A stretch of DNA of 64,000 nt, taken from positions 29,531-93,530 of the forward strand of contig CAXHJY010001017.1 in the NCBI GenBank assembly GCA_964016885.1, given 5' to 3'. The DNA comes from Eledone cirrhosa (taxonomy: Eukaryota). Each line of letters starts with the position of its first letter. Positions within the stretch are counted from its first letter, which is position 1. A model generated the notes under the pieces. That model worked only from the letters and a program-made list of their open reading frames with translations. It did not search any database and was not told the origin of the DNA. Positions 34,697-49,959 of the stretch are shown here, in pieces. A program made the translations under genes and the position numbers.

Positions 34697-34866
34697 ATAT
34701 ATTATATATATATATATATTATATATATATATATATTATATATATTATATATATATATTATATATATATATATATTATATATATTATATATATATATATA
34801 TATTATATATATTATATATATATATATATTATATATATTATATATATATATATATATTATATATAT

Positions 34867-35018
<152 letters not shown>

Positions 35019-35022
35019 ATAT

Positions 35023-35095
<73 letters not shown>

Positions 35096-35181
35096 ATATA
35101 TATATATATATATATATAACCAAGAAACTCTATTGTAGTGTCAGGTGGCTTTATTCAGTTTTCCTCGTCAGCAACTTTAAC

Positions 35182-35270
<89 letters not shown>

Positions 35271-35364
35271 ACGCTCACTTCACACATTCATACATACTCT
35301 TACACGACTACACTTCACCTAGAATTTCTGGTAATATTTTAGATATGACATATCAATGACCTTT

Positions 35365-37490
35365 ATTTTTAAACAAGTTAAACGGGGGCTGTAGAAGGCG
35401 TAGATTGGAGGAGAGGGGTTATGTTGCCATTGACCCCTTTTAAACAAGTTAAACGGGGGCTGTAGAAGGCGTAGGTGGAGGAGAGGGTTCATGTTGCCAT
35501 TGTCCCCTTTTAAACAAGTTAAACGGGGGCTGTAGAAGGCGTAGGTGGAGGAGAGGGTTCATGTTGCCATTGTCCCCTTTTAAACAAGTTAAACGGGGGC
35601 TGTAGAAGGCGTAGGTGGAGGAGAGGGTTCATGTTGCCATTGTCCCCTTTTAAACAAGTTAAACGGGGCTGTAGAAGGCGTAAGTTGGAGGAGAGGGGTT
35701 ATGTTGCCATTGACCCCTTTTAAACAAGTTAAACGGGGGCTGTAGATGGAGGAGAGGGTTCATGTTGCCATTGTCCCCTTTTAAACAAGTTAAACGGGGG
35801 CTGTAGAAGGCGTAGGTGGAGGAGAGGGTTCATGTTGCCATTGTCCCCTTTTACACAAGTTAAACGGGGGCTGTAGAAGGCGTAGGTGGAGGAGAGGGTT
35901 CATGTTGCCATTGTCCCCTTTTAAACAAGTTAAACGGGGCTGTAGAAGGCGTAAGTTGGAGGAGAGGGGTTATGTTGCCATTGACCCCTTTTAAACAAGT
36001 TAAACGGGGGCTGTAGAAGGCGTAGATGGAGGAGAGGGTTCATGTTGCCATTGTCCCCTTTTAAACAAGTTAAACGGGGGCTGTAGAAGGCGTAGGTGGA
36101 GGAGAGGGTTCATGTTGCCATTGTCCCCTTTTAAACAAGTTAAACGGGGGCTGTAGAAGGCGTAGGTGGAGGAGAGGGTTCATGTTGCCATTGTCCCCTT
36201 TTAAACAAGTTAAACGGGGGCTGTAGAAGGCGTAGGTGGAGGAGAGGGTTCATGTTGCCATTGTCCCCTTTTAAACAAGTTAAACGGGGCTGTAGAAGGC
36301 GTAAGTTGGAGGAGAGGGGTTATGTTGCCATTGACCCCTTTTAAACAAGTTAAACGGGGGCTGTAGAAAGCGTAGGTGGAGGAGAGGGTTCATGTTGCCA
36401 TTGTCCCCTTTTAAACAAGTTAAACGGCGGGGGCTGTAGAAGGCGTAGGTGGAGGAGAGGGTTCATGTTGCCATTGTCCCCTTTTAAACAAGTTAAACGG
36501 GGCTGTAGAAGGCGTAAGTTGGAGGAGAGTGTTATCTTGCCATTGACCCCTTTTAAACAAGTTAAACGGGGGCTGTAGAAGGCGTAGGTTGGAGGAGAGG
36601 GTTATCTTGCCATTAACCCCTTTTAAACAAGTTAAACGGGGGCTGTAGAAGGCGTAGGTTTGAGGAGATTGTTCATGTTGCCATTGTCCCCTTTTAAACA
36701 AGTTAAACGGGGCTGTAGGAGGCGTAGGTTGGAGGAGAGTGTTCATGTTGCCATTGTCCCCTTTTAAACAAGTTAAATGGGGGATGTAGAAGGCGTAGGT
36801 TGGAGGAGAGGGGTTATGTTGCTATTGTCCCCTTTTAAACAAGTTAAACGGGGGCTGTAGAAGGCGTAGGTTGGAGGAGAGGGGTTATGTTGCCATTGTC
36901 CCCTTTTAAACAAGTTAAACGGGGGCTGTAGAAGGCGTAGGTTGGAGGAGAGGGTTCATGTTGCCATTGTCCCCTTTTAAACAAGTTAAACGGGGGCTAT
37001 AGAAGGCGTAGGTTGGAGGAGAGGGTTCATGTTGCCATTGTCCCCTTTTAAACAAGTTAAACTGGGGCTGCAGAAGGCGTAGGTTGGAGGAGAGGGGTTA
37101 TGTTGCCATTGTATCCTTTTAAACAAGTTAAACGGGGGCTGTAGAAGGCGTAGGTTGGAGGAGAGGGGTTATGTTGCCATTGTCCCCTTTTAAACAAGTT
37201 AAACGGGGGCTGTAGAAGGCGTAGGTTGGAGGAGAGGGTTCATGTTGCCATTGTCCCCTTTTAAACAAGTTAAACTGGGGCTGTAGAAGGCGTAGGTTGG
37301 AGGAGAGGGTTATGTTGCCATTGTCCCCTTTTAAACAAGTTAAACTGGGGCTGCAGAAGGCGTAGGTTGGAGGAGAGGGGTTATGTTGCCATTGTATCCT
37401 TTTAAACAAGTTAAACGGGGGCTGTAGAAGGCGTAGGTTGGACGAGAGGGGTTATGTTGCCATTGTCCCCTTTTAAACAAGTTAAACATG
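35365..37490. repeat. ~70-bp minisatellite, ~30 units
   Basis: taaacaagttaaacgggggctgtagaaggcg recurs at 35441, 35511 and 35581, with variants through to ~37490. Confidence 0.98.
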
Positions 37491-37808
37491 GAGTAGGTGG
37501 TGTAGGATGGGGCAGAGATTTAAACAAGTTAAACATGGAGTAGGTGGTAAGGGTGAAGGAGGTGTTTATATTCTATCTACTGTCACCTCACTTCTGCTAA
37601 TATTTACAAATCAACTGAGAAACGAGAATGTTTTTCCTTTAATTTACAATAAAATATTGCTTGATGAGATTTGTTAGATAAACCAAACAGAAGATTTAAG
37701 AGCAGAACTCCCAACGTGAAATATTTTATATTCAATTAAAACACACACACACAGACACACACATATAGACACACACACACACACACACATACACACACAC
37801 ACACGCAC

Positions 37809-37858
<50 letters not shown>

Positions 37859-38007
37859 AGACACACACACACACACACAGATAGACACACCCACACACAC
37901 AGATAGACACACACACATAGACACACACACACACACATACACACACACATACGTATTTCTATATCTATATAAATACACAACACGCGCATATATTTATATA
38001 TATGCAC

Positions 38008-38041
<34 letters not shown>

Positions 38042-38424
38042 TTAGGTAGAGTCATATATTTACTGTAAACTCTTCTGATTCGATTGAAAACACAGTTAAT
38101 ATTGTTTGACAATTTCAGATTTCCAGTTGCACAAAAGACTATTCACCTTACAGCGAAACCGACATTATTGGGTTTATTATATATTGTATGTTCGATGTAT
38201 CGATCTGTCAGCCTTATAGATTCACTTCCGTAACCAGGATCTATTATTATCTATTTATTTAATTAGTTTTATTTAATGTTGGTTGGTCCCCCATCACCCG
38301 GCGGTTTATTTTTGTACAAACCCTAGTATGTGAGATGAAGGGTTCTCCGTCGTTTTTGACGATGACTGTTTTATTAGTTCGATACCGTCATTGCGTGTTG
38401 CTTTTACCAATCACTATCGTCAAC

Positions 38425-38471
<47 letters not shown>

Positions 38472-38524
38472 TTATAAGTATGTGTATATATATATATATA
38501 TACATACTTATAAGTATATATATA

Positions 38525-38571
<47 letters not shown>

Positions 38572-38573
<2 letters not shown>

Positions 38574-40273
38574 ATTAGAATACTGGAGCGTGTTTGAGTC
38601 AAACACCCTCTTCGTATTATAGAAATGACAGTAAAAGGTATAGCTCAATGCAGTTAAACAGAGCCAAAAAATTAAGAGAGCAAAACAAAGAATCCTTTAA
38701 TACATCAAAAGTTTTTATTAGCCGACAATGTTTCGTCCTATTAAGGACTCATCAGGGCAATCAAAACAACAAGAGGTAATATCGGCAGATACAAGCCAGA
38801 AACTCTGAAGAATATGGAGTGTACATACACACCATACACAATATCTATGTCTTCACTATTACACCTTGTTAGTATACATAAGATTACACACTTTACGCCA
38901 CTTACGTTATTCTATTATTATCTTTATTTTTTTATTATTATTAACTTTAATTTTAATTTTAATTTTATTTTAAATTCTATTTTTATTTCTAAGTCTATTC
39001 TGATTTATCTATCGACAACCCCCCCCCCCCCCCGCTTCCCCCTCCCCCCATGCGCACATAAACTTATTGTCAACCCCTCCAGATTGAATATGATTATATT
39101 TAACCCCCTCCCTCTTTTATGCTCCGTTCTATTATTTATTATAGTATATCGACTATATTTTATGCCACTTCGCACCCTCCATATATTTCGTCAATTCTGT
39201 CCCCATTAGCCTACCTTAATTCTACTTAAGTCAGTTTTTTAGATATCGTTGCGTATATGATAGTATAATTTTCATTCCTTTTTGTAAACATTTGTAACGA
39301 AACATTAAAGTTTATAAACTTTAATGACTTAAACTACAGCTAATATTATACTACCTTATTGGACGGGTTCGATATTTTTAATATTAATTTATCAAATAGG
39401 GTTTGGAGTCAATTAAAATGATTGCTTTCCTTAGTGTTTACCTAATTTCTTAAATGCACGCGAGGCCTAAGTGTGTATATATTTGCTTTTGTTTTGTAAT
39501 TTCCGGTTGATTGTATTTATTTGTTTTATTTTATATTCTATTTACTATTCACTGTCTGGCTTCGCTCACTCATCCACATATGTCTGTCTACTAACCTTGA
39601 AATTATAAGTATTTATATATTTTATGCCAATTTTATAATATATTATATTATATTGTATGTAATATTGATCCTTATTACTTACTGTTCATTATATGTAACA
39701 TTATGATATTTAAACTTTATATATCATGTAAGATGTCTGGATTTTTGTAATATTGTAATATTGATCCTTATTACTTACTGTTCATTATATGTAACATTAT
39801 GATATTTAGACTTTACATATCATGTTAGATGTCTGTATATTTTTTTCTGTAACATCATATTTTTTTCTGTAACATCATAATTTTTCCCTGTACCATTATA
39901 GTTTTTTTGAGTATTATATAATTTATATTTCCTCATTTATTCTGTAACCCAGTATGAATCAATTCGTATATATTGTTTATGGTACATGTTAATACACTGT
40001 TAACGTTTTATCATTGTATTTTATTGTGACATCTATATTGTTTCTGTAAATTAACCGGGGATTATCTATTTTATTATATTATATTGAATTATATAATTTT
40101 GTTGTTTATTATTTGTTATATGTGTTTCTTGTAATTATATCATATTATTGCCTCATGTATATTGGGTAGATGTATTAGTATTATTTTCACTCTTATCATG
40201 CTTTTTTTAAATATTCAAACTTCTAATAGGGCTTAATTTTTGTGTAGTCGAACATAGATGTGTGTGTTGTTAC

Positions 40274-40331
<58 letters not shown>

Positions 40332-40760
40332 ACATATATACATGTACATGTATATATTGTACCTTTTGATTTTTAATTTGGAATTTTAATGTTGGTAAAA
40401 GTATATTATTATTATAATGTATTATATTGTGTTATATATAATTCCTGCTCTATATAACCAAATTTGTTTAGATTTAGGTTGGTTTGAACTATATTTGTAA
40501 TATGGTTCTTAATGTTATCTACATCCTTAGTTATTCTTATTATATATTTTTATTATTTTTATCTTTATTTTCATTTTTATTATCATATATTTCTGTAAGA
40601 CATTAGTGTATGTACACTCCATATTCTTCAGAGTTTCTGGCTTGTATCTGCCGATATTACCTCTTGTTGTTTTGATTGCCCTGATGAGTCCTTAATAGGA
40701 CGTAACATTGTCGGCTAATAAAAACTTTTGATGTATTAAAGGATTCTTTGTTTTACTCTC

Positions 40761-40765
<5 letters not shown>
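38572..40765. mobile_element. PLE remnant with ~160-bp inverted terminal segments carrying an HHR (intact on minus ~38716-38762; A13U on plus ~40675-40718)
   Basis: 38670-38830 is inverted at 40607-40765; GCC-CUGAUGA-GUCCuuaauaGGAC-GAA-ACAuUGU-C-GGC. Confidence 0.85.
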
Positions 40766-40800
<35 letters not shown>

Positions 40801-41090
40801 TGTATATATACGTATATAGGAACGATCGACTTTCGTCAAATCGGACCGAGGGAACAATGTTTCCGTTGGTCTTTCCAATTGCTAATACTATCTATCGGTC
40901 GCAACTCCAGGTAGAAGGAGCAACGTGAAATAAAGTGTCTTGCTCAAGGACATAACGCATCGCCTGGTCCAGGAATCGATCTCACAACCTTACGATTGCG
41001 AATCCAATTCTCTAACCACTCAGCCACACGCCTTCACTATATATATATATATACATACTTATAAATATATATATATATACATACTTATAA

Positions 41091-41122
<32 letters not shown>

Positions 41123-41133
41123 TTATTTATAAG

Positions 41134-41195
<62 letters not shown>

Positions 41196-41206
41196 CTTAT
41201 AAATAA

Positions 41207-41250
<44 letters not shown>

Positions 41251-41321
41251 TTATATATATATATATACTTATATATATATATATACTTATATATATATAT
41301 ATACTTATATATATATATATA

Positions 41322-41381
<60 letters not shown>

Positions 41382-41517
41382 TTAGTTAAGCAAAACAAGA
41401 CCACAAACTTCACAAGGAAGACATTATTAAAAGATTGTCAACATATTTTAGTTTGATGTAAGGAATGTAGAGAATAATAATAATAATAATAATGTCCGTT
41501 TACAATTGTTTCGCTAC

Positions 41518-41564
<47 letters not shown>

Positions 41565-42785
41565 TTATAAGTATATATATATATATATACTTATAAGTAT
41601 ATATATATATATATATACTTATAAGTATATATATATATATACACTTATAAGTATATATATGTATATATATACTTATATGTATATATAAAAGTATATATAT
41701 ACTTATAAGTATATATATACTTATATGTATATAATATACTTATAAGCATATATCTATATATATACTTATAAGTTTATATATGTATATATATATATATATT
41801 TATATATATACTTATAAGCATATATATACGTATAAGTATATATATGTATATATATATATACATATATACTTATAGGTATATATATATATATATATAAGTA
41901 AAAAGGAAAAGAAAATGCTGACAGATTTTTCCCAGTGAAAAATAGTTTAATTAGGAATAAGTATAAATTAGTAATAAGTAATGGTTAGTATTTAGTGTTA
42001 GTTTAAAGTTTTTTACCGGTTGCGCATTTCAAATGCTTTTCAAAAATAATTTTGGGATAGAGCGTTCGTGAATTGGTTGGTTGTTGAATGTCACGTGAAT
42101 AAGCACTATAATATTGATTGGTCGGTAGAAGTCACGTGAATGTTCAATAATAAAAGAGGTGAAATGATATACTTATAAGTATATATATGTATATATATAT
42201 ATATACATATATACTTATAAGCATATATATATATACTTATAAGTATATATATGTATTTATATATACATATATACTTATATGTATATATGTATATATATAT
42301 ATACTTATAAGTATATATATGTATATATATATATATATACTTATAAGTATATATATATATATATACTTATAAGTATATATATATATACTTATAAGTATAT
42401 ATATATATATTTATAAGTATATATGTATATATATGTACATATATACTTATAAGTATATATATATGTATATATATATATATATATATACTTATAAGTATAT
42501 ATGTATATATATATATATACATATATACTTATAAGTATATATATATATATATATATACTTATAAGTATATATATATATATTTATAAGTATATATGTATAT
42601 ATATATACATATATACCTATAAGTATATATATATGTATATATATATATATACATATATACTTATAAGTATATATATGTATATATACATATATACTTATAA
42701 GTATATATATGTATATATACATATATACTTATTAGCATATATATATATACTTATAAGTTTATATATGTACATATATACTTATAAG

Positions 42786-42816
<31 letters not shown>

Positions 42817-42888
42817 ATACATATATATACTTATAATTATATATATGTATATATATATATATATAAACATATATATATATACTTATAA

Positions 42889-42943
<55 letters not shown>

Positions 42944-42956
42944 TATATACTTATAA

Positions 42957-43018
<62 letters not shown>

Positions 43019-44179
43019 TTATAAGTATATATGTATATATATATACATATATACTTATAAATATATATATATATACTTATAAGTATATATATATATATAT
43101 ATATATACTTATAAGTATATATATATATAAATATATAAATAAATGTACGCATGAGACAGAGAAAGGGGGGTGTGCGTTGTTGGGATGATAGTATTTGTGT
43201 GAAGATATACTTCAGGCAAAAGATAAAATGCGAAAAGGTGTAAAGAATTGACTTTCCTCCGATGTTCATCCATTTAGAAGTACTATTTACTTATTAATGC
43301 ATATTGTTACTTAATTATCTCCCCTGGAGGCATTCTCCTTTCGTCTCATTATTTTGAAAAGACAATTGAATGATTATTCTGGCTTTCTTGGTTTCCTCCT
43401 TTTAACGAATTGCTTCCATATTGGATCACAGCCAGACAACTGCTGTCCATATTTTACCTAAAATGTAGTATTGTGTCGTTTCTTTAGTCTCTCAATGGCT
43501 TCTGTCATATCAGACGAGAAAGGGCAACCCTGTAATTTATAGTGGTGGTGGTGAGTGAAGGGATGAGGGGAGAAGAAGAAAGTGAGAGAGGAATCACAAA
43601 TTGTGGTGTTACTTGTAAATTGTGAGAAATTGCATTATACAATAATTCAACGGATTTGAGACAAAAGAAAAAAAAAAATGAACGCTCTGGATGAAAATTT
43701 GCAATCAGCATTGAAATTTCGATATTTTAATAGATTCTGAATTGATTTTGACTTTTTATCAGTTAACATTCGAAAACATCTCTGTCTGACGACCGATCCA
43801 GACGTATATTATTATTGTCTGAGATTCAGAAACCTTTGGTAATGGAGTAGTTATATTTTGTGTTGTTCACTTTCTAATATATATATGTATATGTATGTAA
43901 AAGGTAAACAGAAATAACAACATAATCGGTACAGTACATGGAAGGAATATATTAGGTTAACGCTTGAATTAGCAGGAAGAGGGTCTTAATGTTTCGGACG
44001 CTAGCCCTTCATAACTTAATATAGAAATGGCTTCTACAGGACTAGAACTGTTCGAAGGACACCATCAGGAAGACCCTGAAAGAAGGGCTTTCCTGATGAT
44101 TTTCTTCTAATGAAACAGTTCTAATACCGTAGAAGCCATTCCTATAGAAAATCTGTTTTATATATATATATATATATAT

Positions 44180-44526
44180 TAGAAAGTGAGGTTTTTTTTA
44201 CAAAATGAAAAATAACCGAGGTGTCCTACACGAGTGGAAGTATAAAGAAAAAGGGATGAAATCGAAAATGCAACTGAAGTCTTATTTTTTTTTAAAATAT
44301 ATATATTTATTTGGTTCCTTTACCGGTTTCGCAGTTCTTCTGCTTTTCAAAAGTAGAGTTGAGATGGAGGGTCTGTGGTTTTTCTGTGAGAAAAACCACA
44401 GACCCTCCATCTCAACTCACCTTTTGAAAAGCAGAAGAACTGCGAAACCGGTAAAGGAACCAAATAAATATATATATTTTAAAAAAAAATAAGACTTCAG
44501 TTGCATTTTCGATTTCATCCCTTTTT

Positions 44527-44532
<6 letters not shown>
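44180..44532. mobile_element. Near-perfect ~290-bp palindrome carrying a UUGAAAA-core hammerhead on each strand
   Basis: Arms 44241-44385 and 44389-44532; CCUU-UUGAAAA-GCAGaagaaCUGC-GAA-ACCGGU-A-AAGG at 44420-44457. Confidence 0.8.
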
Positions 44533-44574
<42 letters not shown>

Positions 44575-45039
44575 TGTCGATCGACTTTCGTCAATTCGAA
44601 CCGAGGAAACACTATTTCCGTTGGTCTTTCCAATTGCTAATACTATCTATCGGTCGCTACTCCAGGTAGGAGAACGGTGAAATAAAATGTCTTGCTCAAG
44701 GACATAACTCATCGGCTGGTCCAGGAATGAAAGTCACAACAAAAACACAATTATCAGGGCGAAACAGATTAAATTCCTAATCTGTCCGAGAGATGAAATA
44801 GTTATTGAGACGGTCAGAATATTTATTCTATATTTTCAGTTTGCTTCAGGTTAAATTTGTCAAACCAACGTGGTATTTCAACCCTCGTAATTTTAGGCAC
44901 ACAATTTACTGTGTTTATTTCTACATATATTATTATATAATGCCCAGTATTTATACTTTGAGCTTGTTAATTACAGAGTATCTATATGAGTTATTAACTC
45001 TGTATTTTATTTATATGTATATATATATTATGGAGACTT

Positions 45040-48000
45040 AGCCATAAGCAATCAAGCATTATGCATGGCACTACCCGAAACGCACCTGACAAGCAGTATA
45101 GCAGATGCAGAAATACATATACCGAAATATACTGTATTTCGTTCGGACAGGAAGGAGAGAACTCATGGTGGGGTTGCTCTGTATATCCGTGAAGGTGTCA
45201 CACCAATTGTATTGTTGACACATTCAAACTCAGTCTGTGACACACTGATAATACATATGAAGCAACTAAAGACAGTAATATGTGTCACATATATGCTGCC
45301 CGATGCCCCCAGTCATGAGGGTAAATTTGAGGATAGCCCCAGTAGTATAGAAGAGCTCCTTGACAAACTGGACCAGGGTCTCAACATTCTACTGCTGGGA
45401 GACTTCAACCTGCCAAAGGTCAAATGCCCTGAGGGCCACCTCCTCCCTGGAATGACGTCAATAGAACAGAGACAGACGGAATTCGTGCTGGCCCTCACAC
45501 ACAGGCTGTTCATGGAACAAGTAGTACTCCTCCCAACAAGAGGCGAAAATGTCCTGGACCTCTGTTTTACAAACAACGAATTGCTCATACACAATGTAAA
45601 GGTGACACCAACAATTTTCTACAAGGCTAACGGGAAAAAGATCAAGAGAGAAATCCGGAAGCAAATATAGAGCGAAAACACCGCCACACAAGACACCAAC
45701 ACACAATTTCAACACTTCATGACAACGATACACACTATATGCAAGAAGTTTGTCCCGGAGAAAAGGGCAAACAGACACAAAAATCTTATTCCCAGAGATA
45801 GGAAAATCCTCATGAGACGTAGAACCAAGCTCTCAAAAAGTTGAATGCACAACAAGAAAACAAAAACAAGAAGGAATCCTATTTGAAACGTGCACTACTT
45901 GGCACCGAGATTGCACTCAAACTTTCCCATGAAAATGAGAGGGCAAAGAAAGAAAGCATGGCCATAGAAAATATTAAAACAAACCCTAAGGCCTTCTTTA
46001 AATTTGCAAAAGAAACTGCCTCGGTACGCTACAAAATTGGGCCACTCTTCCATACAGACGGTTCATTAACCGAGAATCCCCAAGAGATATGTGAAATACT
46101 TGTTTCTACTTTAGGCACAAGGCCAGCAATTACCCAGTGCATTACTGGTACTTTATTTTATCGACCCCGTAAGGATGAAAGGCAAAGTCAACCTCGGCGG
46201 GATTTGAACTCAGATCGTAAAGGGACGTAACTATGCTTGAAAGCATGGCGTCCGACCCTCTACCGATACTGCCAATCCACCGCCCTAGATATGTGAAATA
46301 CTAAACGAACAGTACAAAAGTGTGTTCACATGTCCACTGAGGCACATGCAAATAACAATGCCAGAGGAGTTCTTTGATGCCACAACACTACATGAAGAAA
46401 TGGCGACCATCAACCACATAGACATAACGGAGGAGGATGTGGTGTACGCCATTGATGAAATTAGAACAGACTCAGCTGCTGGATCTGATGGATTCCCAGC
46501 AGTCCTCTTAAAAATATGTAAGCGGGCCTTAGCAACTCTACTGAAGACGCTCTTCAGAAGCTCCTTGGCTAGCGGTATACTACCCAGGGAGCTGAAAGAA
46601 GGCACAATATGTCCTATCCATAAAGGAGGTAGCAGAGCGGAGGCTCAAAACTATAGGCCAGTCTCCCTGACGTCGCATATCAGTAAGGTCATGGAGCGAG
46701 TCGTCAGAAAGAAACTGATCACTTTCCTTGAGGAAAATAACCGCCTGACTAGCACGCAGCATGGCTTCCGCCCAGGAAGAAGCTGCCTTACACAGCTGCT
46801 ACATCACTACGACTGGGCACTGAAACAAACAACTGTTAGACAGCTCACATGTGGACGTGATATATCTTGACTTTGCGAAGGCCTTTGGCAAGGTCGACCA
46901 TGGAATGATATGTCATAATCTACACGGACTCGGCATAACTGGAAAATTAGGTGAGTGGCTGCATGACTTCTTAAAGAACAGCAGCCAGACAGTCGCAGCA
47001 AACGGGGCCCTCTCAAAGGAAACATCAATAACAAGTGGGGTGCCCCAAGGGACAGTCCTGGGGCCACTACTGTTTTTGGTGGCTCTCTCAGACATGCCCT
47101 CTGTAGTACATACACCAACATCCCTCACTAGCTATGCTGATGACACTAAGGTAGCACAGGCAATCAAAAACCCGGTTGACGCTGCCCTTTTACAAGATCT
47201 GGATACCATATACAAATGGATGGAAGAAAACAACATGCAGTTTAATGCTGGCAAATTCCAAGCCCTACAATACAAACCTGCAAACACAAATACAGTAGGA
47301 CACAGTTACGCAGGACCAGGAGTGACCGATATCCCCGTGTCAAAATCGGTACGAGACCTGGGTATAGACATGAGCGATGATGCATCTTTTTCCTCACACA
47401 TCATGAAAGTGACGACAATGTGCAGACGACTCGCTGGCTGGATCTTGAGGACTTTCCGGACAAGAGACCGAGACACCATCTTGACACTATGGAGGAAATT
47501 TGTCCTAAACCGCCTGGAATATTGCTCCCAGTTGTGGTCACCCCATAGTGTCAAACTAACCACAGAGCTTGAGGCAATCCAGCGAAGCTACACCAAGAGG
47601 ATTTCCACGATGAAGGAGACAAGCTACTGGGAGAGGCTAAAAGAACTGAACCTCTACTCCTTGGAGCGAAGACGGGAGAGATACGCAGTGATCTACATGT
47701 GGAAAATCCTGGAGGGACTAGCACCAAATTTTGGCATTGGGAGCTGGACCAACCGTTGAACAGGACGTCATTATGTGGTGCCAAAGGTCCCGTCTTCCAC
47801 ATCTAGGATAAGGAGCAGATATTGCAATAGCCTGGGATTCAAGAGCCCTCTACTCTTCAACAAGCTGCCGAGGGATCTGAGAGATTAGCATGGTGTGGAG
47901 GTGGATGTCTTCAAGAAACATCTCGACACCATGCTATCCAGGATCCCGGATGAGCCCACAGCAAGGTACGAGGGACACCTAAGAGCAGCAGCAATAAACT

Positions 48001-48115
48001 CCCTCTTACACCAGTGGCCAACCAATACAGGCTGGAGATAAAATGTATAGCAACAAGGGCGGTGCCCCAGCATGGCCTCAGCCGGATGGCTGGCACAAGT
48101 AAAAGAGTAATATAG
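45040..48115 (+). mobile_element. Decayed, 5'-truncated CR1-like LINE (APE-RT) with frameshifts
   Basis: APE motifs ETHL, GGVALY, GDFN, LDL; RT motifs NYRPVSLTS, QHGFR, YLDFAKAF, SGVPQGTVLGP, YADD; LYSLERRRER. Confidence 0.93.
46101..46286 (-). mobile_element. Full-length SINE family 1 nested in the CR1 element, 16-bp TSD
   Basis: agatatgtgaaatact at 46085-46100 and 46287-46302. Confidence 0.95.
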
Positions 48116-48301
48116 ATAACAAAGAAAGTGTGGTAAGAAACCATGTGGACCATAAGGCACCGTTCGGATCTAGCTGTCGAAACGGCCGGAGCTCAGCCGC
48201 CGGTGTCTTTTCCTATATATATATATATATATGTATATGTCCCAAGGCTCCGATACCATCAACACCATAAACACAGAGCTGGCATATCTAAGAACTGACT
48301 A

Positions 48302-48357
48302 ACTGCCTGATGAGGTCATAGCCATTCAATGGCTATCATCGAAATATATATAGCAGT
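48302..48357 (+). ncRNA. Type I hammerhead (AUA site); relative at 54453-54507
   Basis: ACUGC-CUGAUGA-GGUcAUAGCCAuucaaUGGCUAUcAUC-GAA-AUAUAUAU-A-GCAGU. Confidence 0.85.
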
Positions 48358-48402
48358 AAATACAGGATTATGAGTTCATGCAATTGACTTATGTTTCATC
48401 AC

Positions 48403-48481
<79 letters not shown>

Positions 48482-48762
48482 AACCAGTAAGACCCCGACG
48501 GCTGAGCTCAAGCCTTTTCGACGGCTAATTCTGGAATTAGCCGTCGAAACGGCTTGAGCTCAGCCGTCGGGGTCCTACTCGTTCCTATTACCCACTCTAC
48601 TACCCTAAGTATTGAGTACTTTGGTGCGTTATGGTCCACCTGGTTCCTTACCACATCTCCTTCGTTATATATATATATATATATTAAAATAACAGATTAA
48701 AGTTTAAGCAAAGAATCGCTGCTTTCACCCTTAACGGGATCTTCTGAAACTTATTATTATTA

Positions 48763-48878
<116 letters not shown>

Positions 48879-49194
48879 GTGGCACTGTACTTTTCTACAC
48901 GCAGCCACCCTTAAACCAATATGTTCGTAATTATTTTATCGATCCTGCCATGATGAAAGCTAACGTTGACCTGTGGGACGTGACTAAGCAATGTAATGCA
49001 TCTGGTCGAGCGCTCTTCCGCTTCAGTCGTCTCACAATGTCCTTTGAATAATTAAATAGTTAATGAGAATTTACTCAGTAATTTTTTGCTGCTGTTGCTG
49101 TTAATGGCGCTGTTGATGTATTTGTCTTTGTCCTCCAGTGTTTGTGTTAGAGTATGTCATGCAAGCAGACGATCGATGACGTAAAACACAACAA

Positions 49195-49790
49195 CCATCG
49201 TCCTTTGTAAAATCGGATGTGTCTGTGTCTGATGAATTAAGCCTACCCATAGTCTTTTGTAAAACCGGATGTGTCTGGATATATTTACTCTATCCATCGT
49301 CCTTTGTGAAAACCAGATGTGTCTGATGACTTAAGCCTTCCCATCATCCTTTGTAAAATCGGATGTGTCTGATGACGTAAACTTACCTATCGTCCATTGT
49401 AAAACCGGATGTCTGGTGAATTAAGCCTTCCCATCGTCCTTTGTAAATAACCGGATGTGTCTGGGTATATTTACTCTATTCATCGACTTTGTAAAACCGG
49501 ATGTGTCTGATGACTTAAATTAACCTATTGTCCTTCGTAAAACCGGATGTGTCTGCTGGCTTAAACATACTCATCGTCCATGGTAAAATCGGATGTGACT
49601 AAAGCCTACCTATCATCCTTTGTAAAACCGGATGTCTGATGACTTAAGCCTATCCATCATCCTTTGTAAAACCGGATGTGACTGATGACTTAAGCCTACC
49701 TATCGTCCTTTGTAAAACCGGATGTGGCTGATGACTTAAGCATACCCATCATCCTTTGTAAAACCGGATATGTTATAAAACCGGATTTAC
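49195..49790. repeat. ~46-bp degenerate minisatellite, ~13 units
   Basis: catcgtcctttgtaaaaccggatgtgtctgatgacttaagcctacc. Confidence 0.92.
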
Positions 49791-49907
49791 TGGTACCTTA
49801 GATTTCCACATCCTCCTTATAAAACTGTATGTATCTGAGATGGTAAGGGACGTTGCTCTTGTAAAACCGGATGTGTGAGAGTGAGTGTGCGTGTGTGTGT
49901 ATTTGTT

Positions 49908-49959
<52 letters not shown>

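Noticed and set aside
35365-37490. CRISPR-like array (also 49195-49790 and 59243-60790)
   Set aside because: No unique spacers, no cas genes, eukaryotic context; these are plain tandem repeats.
38119-38240. Possible host exon (plus ISSCTKDYSPYSETDIIGFIIY; minus DPGYGSESIRLTDRY...)
   Set aside because: Plausible on either strand with weak splice signals; the resemblance to OB-fold motifs is too short to support. Needs RNA-seq or BLAST.
43150-43510. Decayed Tx1-like ORF2 fragment on minus (DPIWKQFVK)
   Set aside because: Only one short motif, surrounded by stop codons.
49195-49790. Repeated CTGATGA as tandem hammerheads or C/D boxes
   Set aside because: No stem II followed by GAAA and no stem I/III pairing found.
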